64,000 nucleotides of DNA from Octopus sinensis (Eukaryota). Below the pieces are notes generated by a model that did not search any database, was not told the origin of the DNA, and saw nothing but the letters and a program-made list of their open reading frames with translations. How positions within the stretch are numbered: the first letter of the stretch is position 1; every line of letters begins with the position of its first letter. Shown here piece by piece: positions 1 to 13,535 of this stretch. The translations under genes and the position numbers were made by a program. The stretch lies in contig NC_043012.1 in assembly GCF_006345805.1 (NCBI RefSeq), positions 12,710,001 to 12,774,000 of the forward strand, in the 5' to 3' direction.

Positions 1-639
1 ACATAAATGCACTAATGGCTATCAATGAGACAAAAATGTATCATGCCCCATACTGTTATTCCTTCCAATTAATTTTGCAACAAATAGTGAAAGTGTATTC
101 AGCAATTAACTCTTCTACCCATTTTAGATTCCCCAATAAAAGTTGATTTAAACGTCAATTGAGCGGGATATTTAGCGAGAAAGGTGCCCTAATATTATTT
201 AAGGTAGTATGGAGGAATATCATAACATCAGAAATGTTTCCTATATATTGCGATAGATATTTGTACTTCAAGAATATCATCGCATATTGTTATAGCAACA
301 GCACGTCTCTTCTGGAATTTTAGAGCAGTTGCTAATGACACATAATAAATTTTCGAAGATAAAAATTGCATAATGACAAAATTGATATATTTCAGTTTCT
401 TGCTGGGACGTGCAGTATGTGTATGTATACATCCATCCATTCTGCCATCCATCCATCCATCCATCCATCAAAGAAACAGAAAGAACATAGCTCTGAAAAA
501 GGCTATTGAAGAGGTGGCAAGACGCTAAGAAAGTTTTAGTAGAATATGGAGGTCTATTTTTGTAGTCATATTGTCTCAAATAAATGTTTAGTCTCTCTGC
601 AACGCTTCCAGATGTCTCACCTATGTATAACTTGTTATA

Positions 640-780
640 GTCTTTGCAAGACGCAACAATAATTTTAGAAAGGAGAAATACATAAATGAGTGGAAATCAA
701 ATCCGGTGAGTGTGTTACGCAATGCCATCAACATTGAGAGACTCTTCCCAGACACAATAGAATATGCTTCAACACACAAA
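640..780 (+). repeat. Solo arm of the fold-back repeat family seen intact at 29052-29324
   Basis: tttgcaagacgcaac...cggtgagtgtgtta...gactcttcccagacacaatagaatatgcttcaacacac matches the right arm and flank at 29211-29345. Confidence 0.75.
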
Positions 781-1018
781 TTGGAACCTCCTGCGCTATC
801 GAAGGATCAATCCTTAATCAGTCTGGTGCCTTTCATTAGTTCCTGTAACAGTGTTTAGTAGAGTAAATTACATCTGGAATAACCCAAGGTGACAACTCAA
901 ATTATTAAATACTCAGAGAACTAAATGTATAGTAATCATATACGAAACTTACAATAATGTGGGGGGCATAAAAATTCTTCTCTTAAAATTACGGAGTACA
1001 ACTCGTATACACACTCAA

Positions 1019-1061
<43 letters not shown>

Positions 1062-1339
1062 CAAACACACACACATACACACATGATCACAAATACATAG
1101 ACATACATCATCAAATTTTTAAATTGTTGGAAAAGTTATTCGGACTTTTCCAATGCGATTGTGCAAAATAAGAAAGCCTATAAAAAAAAATAAAAAAGTT
1201 TTGGATTCATAAAGTAACGTTATGTATTGCAGTTTTATGCAGAATTGAGGCTTACGATAAGAAAGTCTGCTGTGAATTCTTAACAGCTGGAAATATATAT
1301 ACATTTTTTTTACTATCTCTGTCTCGAATTGCTTCTTTC

Positions 1340-1476
1340 AATTTATACGTATGTGTCCGTTCATATGTGTGCATACATGTATGCATGCATGTATGTATTG
1401 CATGTATGTATATATGTATGCATGTGTTAGATATACATATATACATATATATAGATATAGTTTTATATATACATGC

Positions 1477-1512
<36 letters not shown>

Positions 1513-1883
1513 GCATGTATACATATATATATGTAAAACTATATATGAATATGCAATATGTATATCGATGAATGTAGGTGTGTATGCGGTGTGTGTGTGT
1601 ATGTGTGCGCAAGGACGTGTGCGTGTGAATATATTTGTGAATACGAATATATTTGTTACTGCGTGTCCATTCATAGAGATGACGAAATAAAAATATGAAA
1701 ATCTGCAAGAAGGTTTATGCAACTGAATCTACACATATTTCCCCGTCTCCCTCTATTTATACAAATAAACCATTGCATTTTTATGTATCCCATCGTCACA
1801 AATAATCACCCACACAACCCCCGTGCCTCTATATATATGTTGGTATGCACAAATCTTACAAATTGTATAATTGAAGCATATAT

Positions 1884-1917
<34 letters not shown>

Positions 1918-2007
1918 GAGAGACAGAGAGAGAGAGAGAAGATGGATAGATAGATAGATATAGATATAGATATATATATATAATATATGGATATTAGATA
2001 TATGGAT

Positions 2008-2067
<60 letters not shown>

Positions 2068-2090
2068 ATATATTAATTAATTTATTTAGT
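1340..2090. repeat. Compound microsatellite block (TA, CATA, GT, GA, GATA)
   Basis: Directly visible di- and tetranucleotide runs; source of several artefactual ORFs. Confidence 0.95.
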
Positions 2091-2316
2091 CACACATGCA
2101 TTTCTATACATACATATGTATATACTTATGTTCATATATAGATAGATAAAAATATGAAATTATTGAAGAAGCGTAGGAAATATTTTTTCCCTCTGGGATA
2201 AACCCCAAAAAGTAACATCCATTTAAAGCAAATATAATTTGTGTTTGTTAAGCAATCTGCTGTTTTTCCCGCTGTTACACGACATTAATCCATAAGTTTG
2301 CCATATCTATAACGCC

Positions 2317-2358
<42 letters not shown>

Positions 2359-2479
2359 CTCATATATTATATATATAATATATATATATTTCTGATATAT
2401 ATATTAATATATATATAATATATATATATTATATATATATAATTATATATATATATTATATATATATATTATTATCTAT

Positions 2480-2514
<35 letters not shown>

Positions 2515-3049
2515 TATATATATACATATATCCGAATCTTTACTCTTTGCTTCGTTTTTTTATTTTGTTGCGAGGATGATTTTGCTGCATCACATAGGAA
2601 TTTTCGAAATATATGCGTAGACGTCATCTTATTGACATTGCGCAAGATTTTTTAATTTTGAAGATTTTTATGCATACATGCATACATAAAGACATTCATA
2701 CATACATACATACATACATACATACGTACATACTACGGACATAGGTTCTTATGTATGGAATATATCACGATAATGAGACGGAAAATGTCGAATTTTTATA
2801 TTCCTGTGAATGGTACTGCGGTCTTTATTAGCATCGGTCGTAAAATTTTAACACCCTTCGATGCTGCATCATGTTGTATAAAATATACAAATGATTCGTA
2901 AGAAAAAAACTGATTCTGATATCAAACACGCATACACACATACACACACACACATACACACACACAGTCACAAACTTACACAATCCCACTCGCACACAAA
3001 CATACATATCTATATAGTTATATAATTATTCTTTTATTCTCTCATTCCT

Positions 3050-3255
3050 TCACCTTTTTCAGTCATTTCACTGCAGCCATGCTGGAGCACCACTTTGATG
3101 CATTTTAAATCGAACAATTCGAACCTAGGACATGTTTTTTGTTTGTTTGTTTTAAGCCTAGTACTTCTTCATTTGGTCCCTTGTGACGAATACGAAGTAC
3201 GGGGACGTAAATTCGCCATTATAAATTGTCAGGCGGTGATGTGTGGACAAACACA
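3050..3255 (-). mobile_element. SINE family A (CORE-like tRNA SINE), diverged 3' half
   Basis: ttcagtcatttcactgcagccatgctggagcacc...ggggacgtaaa...ggacaaacacac matches the full copies at 28468 and 32294. Confidence 0.8.
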
Positions 3256-3289
3256 CACACACACATACACAACACACACACATATATAT

Positions 3290-3480
3290 AAAATACAAAA
3301 TGAGACAAGAACGTAAAACAACCAAACAGTAAGGTGCTACAAAAAAGGGACAGCTACATATTCAGCTACAAGATACAAAGAAAATAAAGACGGGTCATTC
3401 TGAGTTTTCTTTCCTCAGTCGAGTTCCAGATTATCTTTGCAATTCAATTTCGGTTGGTTATACCCGAGATTGCTCCAACT
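3290..3480 (+). repeat. Single arm of the fold-back family seen intact at 6938-7370
   Basis: aatacaaaatgagacaagaacgt...gacgggtcattc...gattatc...gattgctccaa aligns with 6940-7115. Confidence 0.75.
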
Positions 3481-3501
3481 CACATTACGTATATACTTAT
3501 A

Positions 3502-3578
<77 letters not shown>

Positions 3579-3589
3579 TATATATAAAA

Positions 3590-4140
3590 TGACGAGATGA
3601 TCATACTACCTACTTAGCTAGGGGGAAGGAGAGCAAAAATAACGGTCAATGAAATTGCAGCCCGACTTCAAGTCAAGTGGATAGCGGCAGCCATCACGTA
3701 TGACGTTGAAGAGAAGATGGCAATCCTTGAAATGAATAAAATGTGTGGCAGAAAATTTGAAGGAGCAAACCCTTGAGATTATTGTTTAGGCTTCTTCGGA
3801 AATTTTGAAAGGATTGCCCAATAGTATTTTCTTAGAGGAGGGGCTAAGTGTGAGAGTGGCGGTCGAGGAACGTAGGCCCCGCTGTTTTAAATGCGGCGAG
3901 AAGGGCCACGTCCGCTCAGAGTGCAAATAGAAAACGGTAAGAAAATTGGATGAAGCCGAACCCGAAAAAGGAAAAGGTAAGGAGTGAAAAGAAAGACAAT
4001 GAACAAAAAAACCAACAGAGGAAACAAAGAAACAAGAAGAAAAGACTCAAGAATGCGCAGAAGAAGGGATGGATTTATTTACAAGAAGAAAACACCCATG
4101 GCCCACACTTATCCCAGAGACTACCGAAAGTAACATAAAG
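3590..4140 (+). mobile_element. Degenerate gag-like ORF1 fragment of a non-LTR retrotransposon (Tx1/L1-like) with CCHC zinc knuckle
   Basis: Frame from 3841 reads GLSVRVAVEERRPRCFKCGEKGHVRSECK*, a CX2CX4HX4C knuckle at 3883-3924, followed by a K/E-rich tail; in-frame stops elsewhere. Confidence 0.7.
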
Positions 4141-4319
4141 ATGAGGCTAGCTGGACACTGCATGAGACATACTGATGAAAATGCAAACATTTGTTACATA
4201 TGAAACCAATGGTAACTTTAATTCACAAATAAAGAAATTACATATCCACTAATGCGATGGTGATCACTCATTTAATCGTTGAATGTGTACACACACACAC
4301 ACACCCAATCACACACACA

Positions 4320-4378
<59 letters not shown>

Positions 4379-6787
4379 TTCTTGTGAATCTTTGCAAAAT
4401 GTCACCAGAGATATAGTATTTTAACATCCTTGCCTCAGATTAGATAGGGGTTCTATAGAAACGAAAATGTTTAAAAACACAAATGTAATTCCACACAGGT
4501 GCATAGAGTAAGGCAATTATAGAAAGTCATAAATTATTAATATTTTATAGATAAAAACCTTCCCATTAATCTTACCCTTTATCGTTTTATATTTTTATAA
4601 ATGACAAGTATACACGGCATCTAAGCTAACGATTGGAAAATTGCTTTCAAATGCAGTGAGTATATTTATTGATAACTACTTGAAGACTAATATTGTTTTT
4701 AACTAATTCCTAATTTATCAACGAAAACAGCATCTTGGGATATTATTTATCAAAATATCTATAGAATAATTTCAATAAAATTTATATAATATATAATAAT
4801 ATTCAAAATGAAACGCTCTAACATTATTATTTGAATTGAAACAATGGAGTTCCGATTTGCTGTTATATACCATTCTACATCTATTTAAGGAGTATTCAAA
4901 TAATTAATAGAAGAAAGATGTAGCAATGCTGTTTTCGAAAGGAAAAATATAACATACGTTTTCTTTGAGTAAAAAGATAAAACGCGGGCTGATTTCAATT
5001 TGTATGGGGAATAAAACACGTGAAGCGATAACATGTTGCTTACAGCAGAATAAGGTGCAGTGGAAACAATGTTAAGATGTAACTCAATTTTCCCAATCAA
5101 TGTTATAGTATTTGTGTTAAAACAATAAACAATATTCCCTTTTATGAATAAGTAATTCTCGAACCTATTTTTGGAAGCAAATCTACAATTCTTTTAAAGA
5201 TATGTATTTTGGGCATTGAAAGTTTGTATCAGAATGTCAATAAAAACAATTATTTTACGTATTTTGTTTGAAATTAGCAGGGAATGTTCTTTAGGCCAAC
5301 AATCACACAAAAATTACATAGAAAAATACCTGCTTAAAAACAATTTCAAAATATGTTCATGTTAACTGAAAAGATAACCTTCACGAACATTCCATTTGAA
5401 ATTATATTTATATACTACTAATGCTGATAGCGGCTTTGGTTTCAGTAGTTGGTGAAGCAGAAGACGGCTCGATTGCTGGTAGCGTAGGTAGAGCTTCGGG
5501 ATAAGATATATATATATAGTTTCAGTAAAATTTAGATTCATATGAATATGGTACTTAAGTTAAAGGCACTAGAATTTGGTATGGTTGTATCCATATAAAT
5601 CAAATGGGGTGATTATAATCAAAATAAGCAACAAGGATATCCAAGGTAGTGTAGTACAATCGCTTCATGCTACTTCATTTTATTAAACACTGTAAGTATT
5701 ACATCAGTTTTAAAATGTCGAGCAATTTTCAGCCACATATAGAACTTTTTAATTAAACGGACATTGCACATTTTTATACTTATTTCATTTGCTAACATTA
5801 CAAAGAGGGTAGATATAGAGACAGATAGGTTAATTTCATCAATAAGAACATGGTGGTAGTATGTCCTCCATCTGTATATATATATATATATAAATTCGAA
5901 CACACATAAACAAGGTGTGTGTGTTGTTAGTTCTTCGGACAGTTGTAGTATTTTTAGGTGTAAGAGGATACATTCTCAATGCTCTTCGTGGGAAAACACC
6001 TGAAAGCAAGTGATAGGCCAGTGAGTCAGCCCAGTGAGTCAGCGTACATGAAATGCCCTTTTATTTCGGAGCGACAGATATTGAAGTTTCGCCGTTGTTT
6101 TGAATTGTCAATCCCTCCTACCGAACAGTCTTTCATGTAATTGATCGAACTGGCTATGAATATATGCTAAATGTTTTACAATCCATCTGCTGGTATGTCC
6201 CCACATTTCATGTCACGGAAAATATTCAAATATGAATTAGAAGCAGTTCTAGGTATACAAACGAAGTCGAACACACATGCAAGATGTGTGTGTGTTGTTA
6301 GTTCTTCGGTTGGATGTGTGTTTTAGGCGTAAGAGTATATATTCTTAATGATCTTGGTGTAAAATCACCCGAAAGCAAGTCGTCGCAAACTGAGACAACT
6401 CGCATCAAATATTTTCTGAGTGACCGACAAATCGAAACAATGCCGAAACATCGGTGACTATCGATCCGAAAAGAAAGGAATTTGATGTGAGACGTCTCAC
6501 TTGACTTTGACTTGCTTTCCTTTGTTTTCACACAAGGTGTATTTGGGAATATATTCTCTGATGTTTAAAAGACGCAGCCATGCGACGAACAAACAAATGT
6601 GTGTGTATTTGTGCGTGTGTGTGTGTGTGTATGATTGCCTGTGTTACAAGTGTATATGTGCGTAACGGTGTACAGGTAAACAGTTTAATGTCCTCCTATG
6701 TAAATATTCCATATGTTTGACGTTAGCATGCTGGAAAAGATATCTTCGTGCTTAAACGAATATTAATTAATATATTAATAATATATT

Positions 6788-6856
6788 AGGGGCGTGAGTG
6801 GCTGTGTGGTAAGTAGCTTGCTTACCAGCCACATGGTTCCGCGTTCCGGGTTCCAC

Positions 6857-6857
<1 letters not shown>
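6788..6857 (+). mobile_element. SINE family A tRNA-derived head
   Basis: gagtggctgtgtggtaagtagcttgcttaccagccacatggttcc is the reverse complement of the head end of the copies at 28876 and 32717. Confidence 0.85.
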
Positions 6858-6904
<47 letters not shown>

Positions 6905-6937
6905 AGAAAGTGTACGTAGGCCGCTATATATATCTAT

Positions 6938-7364
6938 ATAATACAAAATGGGGCAAGAACGCAAAGCATCCGGACAACTAGGGGATACAAAAAGGAACAA
7001 CAAAAAGTCCAGATGATACGAAGAAAACAAGGACGGGTCATTCGAAGTTTTCTATCTTCAGTCAAGAATCAGATTATCCTCACAATTTTGGCTGATTATT
7101 CCTAAGATTACTCCAATCTGGCCAGCCCCAAGGAATAACTAAACCAAGAGCATTAAATTCTTAGCTTAGGTTTTCCTTGGGGCTGGCTAGATTGGAGTAA
7201 TCTCAACAGTAATCAGCCGAAATTGCGGGGATAATCTGTTTTTTGACTGAAGATAGAAGACTTCGAATGACCCGTCCTTGTTTTCTTTGTATCATCTGGA
7301 CTTTTTGTTGTCCCTTTTTGTATCACCTAGCTGTCCGGATGTTTTGCGTTCTTGTCCCATTTTG

Positions 7365-7370
<6 letters not shown>
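6938..7370. mobile_element. Long fold-back (palindromic) element, arms of about 198 bp
   Basis: 6938-7135 is the diverged reverse complement of 7173-7370; about 37 nt spacer; flanked by TA runs. Confidence 0.9.
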
Positions 7371-7405
<35 letters not shown>

Positions 7406-7689
7406 GAAAACAATTAGAAAATTGTGTTAAAATTGATAATTGATAATTGATAAACATCAATTATCATTTATTAATTATAAAAAGACAAAATCTCATCTAA
7501 CAGGCATTGTCAGGTTTAATTACTACAATAATAACATTTGTTATCATTGTCAGTAATTAATTATTCCAATTTTAAACAGTGTAACTTCATCAGAGCGGAA
7601 AAGTAAAGAAACAGATAAAAAAGAAGAGAAAACGCGTAAGCATATATGTATATGTTTGTATCTCTGTGATTTTCTCTACCACCATTGCT

Positions 7690-7850
7690 TAACAACCCAT
7701 GTCGGTGTGTTTACGTCCCCGTAACTTAGCGATTCGCAAAAAAACTATAGAATACGTACTAGGATTTAAAGAATAAGTCCTGAGGTCGATTAGTTCGTCT
7801 AAAGGAGGTGATCCAGCATGGCCCCAGTCAACTGACTGAAACAAATAAAA
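7690..7850 (+). mobile_element. SINE family A 3' tail
   Basis: gtcggtgtgtttacgtccccgtaacttagc...ccagcatggccccagtcaactgactgaaacaaataaaag. Confidence 0.85.
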
Positions 7851-8924
7851 GAGCAACTGTAATCTTTTATAAATTAGAAAATTACACCTGTGTCCTTCTC
7901 TTGTGGAGCCTAGTTTCTCACATGTAGAGCTATGAGTACAAACTAAATATGACAACAGATTCTGAAGAGTTGAAGCAGATGCTTGCTTAACGAAAATAGA
8001 AGGGAATATGCTAACGGGAAATGACAAGTAGGTATTATTTTTGTTTTTTTCAACTATTTTTCATTATTTCCAGAGAGAAGAAACATCCGTTCTGAAAGTG
8101 AAGAGATTCTACAGATTTTATGTTTAGGAGTCCATATGAGACGCCACTTTTCTACATGTATAATTCACTGTTCTTATTGTTTTAGAAATATCTCATATAA
8201 GAGAGGTTTTAAGTACGTATTTGATATCTATTTATCTGTGTATACACAGATACATACATACATGCATATCTATCTATGTGTATATATATATAGATAGATA
8301 TATATGCATATTTATGTTCTTATGTATGTTCGCGTACTTATGTATATGTCCACATATCCAAATGAAATTGAGCCATATAAATAATATAATTTAAGAACAA
8401 CCATTGAATTCAGGTTAACAAACATTATATATCCACGCTTCTACACTTCATTAAATATAAATGTTGCCATGGCTTTCAGATGTCAAAAAACAAAGACACC
8501 AGGTAAAAATCATATACACAAAAACATAAAATACACTACACCTGCCCAGAAAGCGTATATAAAAATCGACTAAAAATTATCTAAATAAGATCATTACAGT
8601 AAGTTAAACGATTAAAACCTTAAGGAGAAAAAATACAAACTAAAATTCTATCCAACTATGAAAATTATAAATAAAATGTAAAATTTAATATAATCGTAGT
8701 CTATGATAATTGCTGGAGCATGATATGAATCCGATCGTAAAACTAATCAACATCTTCGCAAATCATCGCAAAAGGTAATTTAACATCCCGCATCTATGGC
8801 CATTTTGAGAGTTCATTGCCGTTGCCTCCATGGGTATACAGAGTTTGTCAATCTGAATTCAATGTTCGTTCTTACATTATATTATTGATATATATGTTTT
8901 TGTGTGTGTGTCTCTGTTTGTATA

Positions 8925-8931
8925 TACGCAT

Positions 8932-8991
<60 letters not shown>

Positions 8992-9008
8992 GCATATACA
9001 TACATACA

Positions 9009-9049
<41 letters not shown>

Positions 9050-9052
9050 TAT

Positions 9053-9130
<78 letters not shown>
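8925..9130. repeat. (TA)n-rich compound microsatellite with internal duplication
   Basis: Two copies of atgcatatacatacat..gtatat embedded in (TA)n. Confidence 0.95.
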
Positions 9131-9131
<1 letters not shown>

Positions 9132-9254
9132 TCTAATACGAATGTATTAGAATTTTCTCTGATTTTTCAGATTTTTGTATGCTAGGCTACTGGTTTTAAA
9201 TTAATATTAATTTATCTCCCTTATTATTCAAATATTAAAATAAATATGTTCTCT

Positions 9255-9505
9255 AATAGGCAGCACTAACCGCAGTAAATTATTTACTGCAGTTCTTTGC
9301 TTCCGGAATTTTTAGCGCGCCAGAACTAAGACATTTGAAATTATCCCTAATGTAATCGGTAAAACTAAACACGTGTCCGTTTTGGCACAGAAAGCTGGGG
9401 TTAGTTTTACAAATTAGATTTGTCGGAACGATCGCACTGACGACACTACGGACATTTGGATTATGTAAATAATTCTTTTGTTAATAGTTGAAACCGCCGG
9501 TATGT
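9255..9505 (+). promoter_or_regulatory. CpG-enriched, promoter-like segment with possible non-coding first exon ending at 9499
   Basis: Unique sequence with many CpGs relative to flanks, TTCCGGAA (ETS-like), GCGCGC, small hairpin gcagtaaattatttactgc, and donor CCG|GTATGT at 9500. Confidence 0.3.
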
Positions 9506-9769
9506 GATTAATTCTGTTTTTTTTTAATATAATTTTCATCTGTCTTGCCCGCCTTATTGTTCTGGTGTTCGCTGAATTTTCCTCTAGAGAACATTCTTTG
9601 TAGTTTGATCGTTGGTTATCTATTTCTAGCATACGGGCGACTACCTTGCGGTTTTGCCCTTTGACTACACACAAACACACACACACACACACACTCACAC
9701 ACACATATATATATACATAGAGAGAGAGAGAGACATATATATATGTACATACATGCATACATATATATA

Positions 9770-9825
<56 letters not shown>

Positions 9826-10360
9826 ATGTATGTATGTATATGTATGTATGTATAAAATACTCATGTATTTTTGAATCCAATTATTCTGTCCTCCGTCCAT
9901 TTAGTAGTCGTTCTTATCAGCGTAATGAGTCAGAATATATTGTTATATCTGAGGGCATTGCAAAAGATTTATATCTTTATTAACCTAGTTATAGAACATA
10001 CAACGTATGTGCGTTGCGTTTCAACATATTTACATATACACGAGCCCACACACAAACACATATGGGTCTATATGTGTGTCTGTGTCCTTCATGTGTCCAG
10101 GATAATGACCATTAGTCCAAACATATCTATACCATATTTAATCATCAACACCACTTTTGCTTTCTCTCCTTTTGTACTGTCCTATAGAAACTTAGTTTTC
10201 AACTATTGTATTTGTATAAAATATTTTCGTAGCATTTACTTAGTCTGTCTTAATCCTTTCAAACTTACACACAGGCAGACATAAATGCACACACGAATAT
10301 AAATAGAAATGATGAATATATATCCATATGTATATAAAAAGACATACGTACATATACATA

Positions 10361-10545
10361 TACTTGCTTCAGTCATTTTACAGCGGTCATGCTGCAGCAC
10401 CACCTCTAGTGGATCAACTCGACCCCAGAACTTATCCTTTCCAAGCCTAGTACTTATTCCATCTGTCTCTTTTGTCGAACTGTTAAGGTACAAGAACAGA
10501 GCAACATCGATAGTCAAGCGATGCTGGAGGGACAAACGCAGGCAC
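10361..10545 (-). mobile_element. SINE family A, 3' half
   Basis: ttcagtcattttacagcggtcatgctgcagcacc...ccaagcctagtacttattcc...ggagggacaaac. Confidence 0.85.
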
Positions 10546-10584
10546 ACTAATACCCACACAGACACACACATGCACACACGCACA

Positions 10585-10619
<35 letters not shown>

Positions 10620-10772
10620 TTTATTATTATTAAATCTGCAAAAATATGACAAAATTATCACAACGAAGTGCTACTTAGATTTTCACGTTACCGTTCGTCG
10701 GAGAGTGTAGATTTAGTATGTATAAAATAATTTCTGAATCTAAACAGTCCAACGACGGGAACGTGAAACTTT

Positions 10773-11900
10773 ATTAGGTTGTTTCACATGAAATGTATTT
10801 GAAAGGTAACAATACTATGTTTCAGATGTGTTAGAGAACTGATTTATTTAATTTATGCCACATTGGCTTTAATGCTAAGAAATCTTTGAAAGCTTATTCC
10901 ACGTCTGGCTTGGACCTGAAAGTTTTATCACATAAAAACGTGGTTAAAGGCTTAAAAGGGATGCTCGGTTGGTGCAAGATCAGAAGACTATGGAGAATAT
11001 GATAAAGTCTCATATCCCTAATATGAGAGTTTCTGCAGCGTCATTCTTGCAACACGTGGCTGTTCATTTTTGTGAAACAGAATTGGCCCACGCTGATTTC
11101 TCAATGCAGGTCCCATTTGTTTTTGTAAGTGAGCATGCATTTCACCAAGTTGATTGCAGTAAACCTCTGCTGTAATAATCTGATTGGCTTCCAGAAATCT
11201 GTAATGGACAACACCAATTTCAGACCACCAGACAATCACCATAATCTTTAGCTGATGCAACTTTGGCTTAGGGAAATGTTTGGGGGATTCATCACAACCA
11301 AGCCATTAACCTGATCGTATACGGTTATAGAGGATACACTTTTCATCACAAGTGACTATTCGATCAAGAAAAGGATCATTGTTGTTTTGGAGAAAGAGCA
11401 TTGAGCACACTTCAAAACGCCGAACTTTTGACTTTCATTGAGCTCAAGCGGTAGCCATTTTTCGAGCTCTTTCACTTTGCCAATCTTCTGCAGATTGTGT
11501 GAGACCGTTGCAATACCGACACCAAAATGCCTGAGACATTTCTCAGACATTTTGACGTGTGTTTTTTGTCAACAATGACTTTCAAATTCATTGCCAAGAC
11601 TGCATGACCGTCCACTACATTCTTCATCTTCAAGGCTTTCATCACTACTACGGAATTTCTGAAACCACGTTCGTTCTATGCGATCATTTATGGACCCATC
11701 TCCCCATGTTCTGTTGATATTGGCTGCAGGTTGGGAGGAATTGTGCCCAAGCTCGAACTCAGGCAAGAAAAGTAATCGAAAATCATTTTTTGTCATGTTC
11801 ATAATTAAGGGTGCCTATGCTTCAAGAATGTTTTCTGTCTGAAATAAGTAGAAAATCATTCAAGAGCATTATTAAGTATGCCGAAATTATCCTAAAATAT
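10773..11900 (-). mobile_element. Degenerate mariner (Tc1/mariner) transposon
   Basis: Minus frames give TWFQKFRSSDESLEDEECSGR, LQKIGKVKELEKWLPLEL, KIMVIVWWSEIGVVHY...ITAEVYCNQL...GPILFHKNEQPRVA; TIR-like attaggttg at 10773; many frameshifts. Confidence 0.9.
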
Positions 11901-12530
11901 AATGAAAACACTGTGATAAAATTGCGTCCCAAAGTACATCACTTAGAGCGGACATTATTTTCGGAACAAACTAATACGTACGTACATGAATACATACAAA
12001 CATACATACATACATACATACATACATACGTATACAGAGAGAGAAAGCCAGACAGAGAGAAAGTGAGACAGAGGGAATGAGAGAGAGAAATAGATAGCTA
12101 GATAGTTAGAGGAAAACAGTAAAGCTAGAACACAATGCATGAATAAATATGTATTTTAATGAGAGGTCTTATACAAATCGTTGATAAATGTAATGAATGA
12201 ATCATGCCACGCAATAAATATTTTTATAAACATTTAAGAAGCTTTCGTTCGAGCTTCTGCGGTGGCATTTTAGACAAAGATTTTCTATAGACTCAGATAC
12301 TCCTCTACAAACTGAGTTAGACGGAAACTATAAAATGGTGTTAAGTACAATTATGCGGAATATATAGCCACACTTGTAAATGCTATTTAGCCATATATGT
12401 ATATGCTGTATGAAAATAAGATGCAGTGTTTGGTTGAAGCGTATTAATAAAAGATAGGCTTCCACAATGCTGCGTTTTGTGCTACACAGCAACGATAGCA
12501 AACAATGAAGCATGTCTAAACCATAATTCG

Positions 12531-12557
12531 ATGCTGAAAGACTATTTGGAATCAAAT
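12531..12557 (+). CDS. Candidate first coding segment (MLKDYLESN) of the hypothetical plus-strand micro-exon gene; exon 12490-12557
   Basis: Acceptor ttttgtgctacacag at 12489, donor AAT|GTATGT at 12558, open frame; chosen by eye. Confidence 0.22.
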
Positions 12558-13330
12558 GTATGTTTTGTTTCTTGTTATTTTATATTATTTGTTTTGTGCA
12601 TATGTTTTATTCTTCTAATTTATCTTTCATGAATTCTACGTAACAGTGGCTTTATTTTTGCTCACATCAAAAGTCATTCTGTATTAATGATATTTCGTGT
12701 GATTTTGTCTTCGGCTTGGAAGATAGCTGCCGGCTAACTCTATATGCGTGACATTGTTTCTGTCATGACATCGTCTTTGTGTGCTAATACATTCAGGCAC
12801 GCAATCGTGAATAAATTTGTTTGTACCAATGTTGCATTCATTCGCGCGCGATTGTATTAGTGATAACTCATTGTGAGAAACCAATTGATGATATTTCTCT
12901 CTCTTGTCATGTATATTTCTTCTCCATATCGCTCATTTTTTCATATATATGTTAATCTTACAACTTTTATTTAAATCCAAAACGTAGAAAATTTAAAAAA
13001 CAATGAGGAAGAATTAATATATTCAAAGTTTATTTCTACTTATAAATTTTATGCATAATTTTCAATACATATAATTAAATTAAAAATGACGGATACAAAA
13101 TCTCGAGTGAAATTATTTCATGTGTAAACAAGTACAGTAAAGAATTCAATGAATGCGAACAAAAATTAAATGTATAAAATGTTATCAAACATTTTCTCAG
13201 GATTAACTAATGAATGCGGTCGGTCAGTCGCCAATAGCCACATTGAAATTCGTGTGAAAATGTATACTTCATATTACTACTAGAAATAAAAGTCTATAAT
13301 CAATTATTTTAAAAACAGAATAAATATCAT

Positions 13331-13535
13331 TTACGGAGATGTACTCGCATAGCAAATAATTTGATCTGAGATCGTGTGCTGAAACGAAAACAATTGCAGC
13401 GTGGAAGGTGTTTATAAGCCATTTAAGAAACACACAAAAGCCGTTCGATTCACTTCAACATTTAAGTTTAATTTGTCAAAATATTTTCGTCGCTAAAATC
13501 CGCGACCTGTTCACTGACAAAATTCCGTGCTGCAT
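13331..13535 (+). repeat. Single arm of a fold-back repeat family (second copy at 58052-58370)
   Basis: ggaaggtgtttataagccattt...cgtcgct...cgcgacctgttcactgacaaaa shared with 58063-58200. Confidence 0.8.

Noticed and set aside
959-1953. Many 60-160 aa ORFs rich in YI, HT, VC and similar pairs, here and throughout the window
   Set aside because: They are translations of dinucleotide and tetranucleotide microsatellites, which lack stop codons
4609-8502. Scattered plus-strand exon-like segments (4609-4655, 5446-5487, 8074 onward, 8480-8502)
   Set aside because: Plausible splice sites but no consistent in-phase chain or recognisable product; such matches are expected by chance at this base composition
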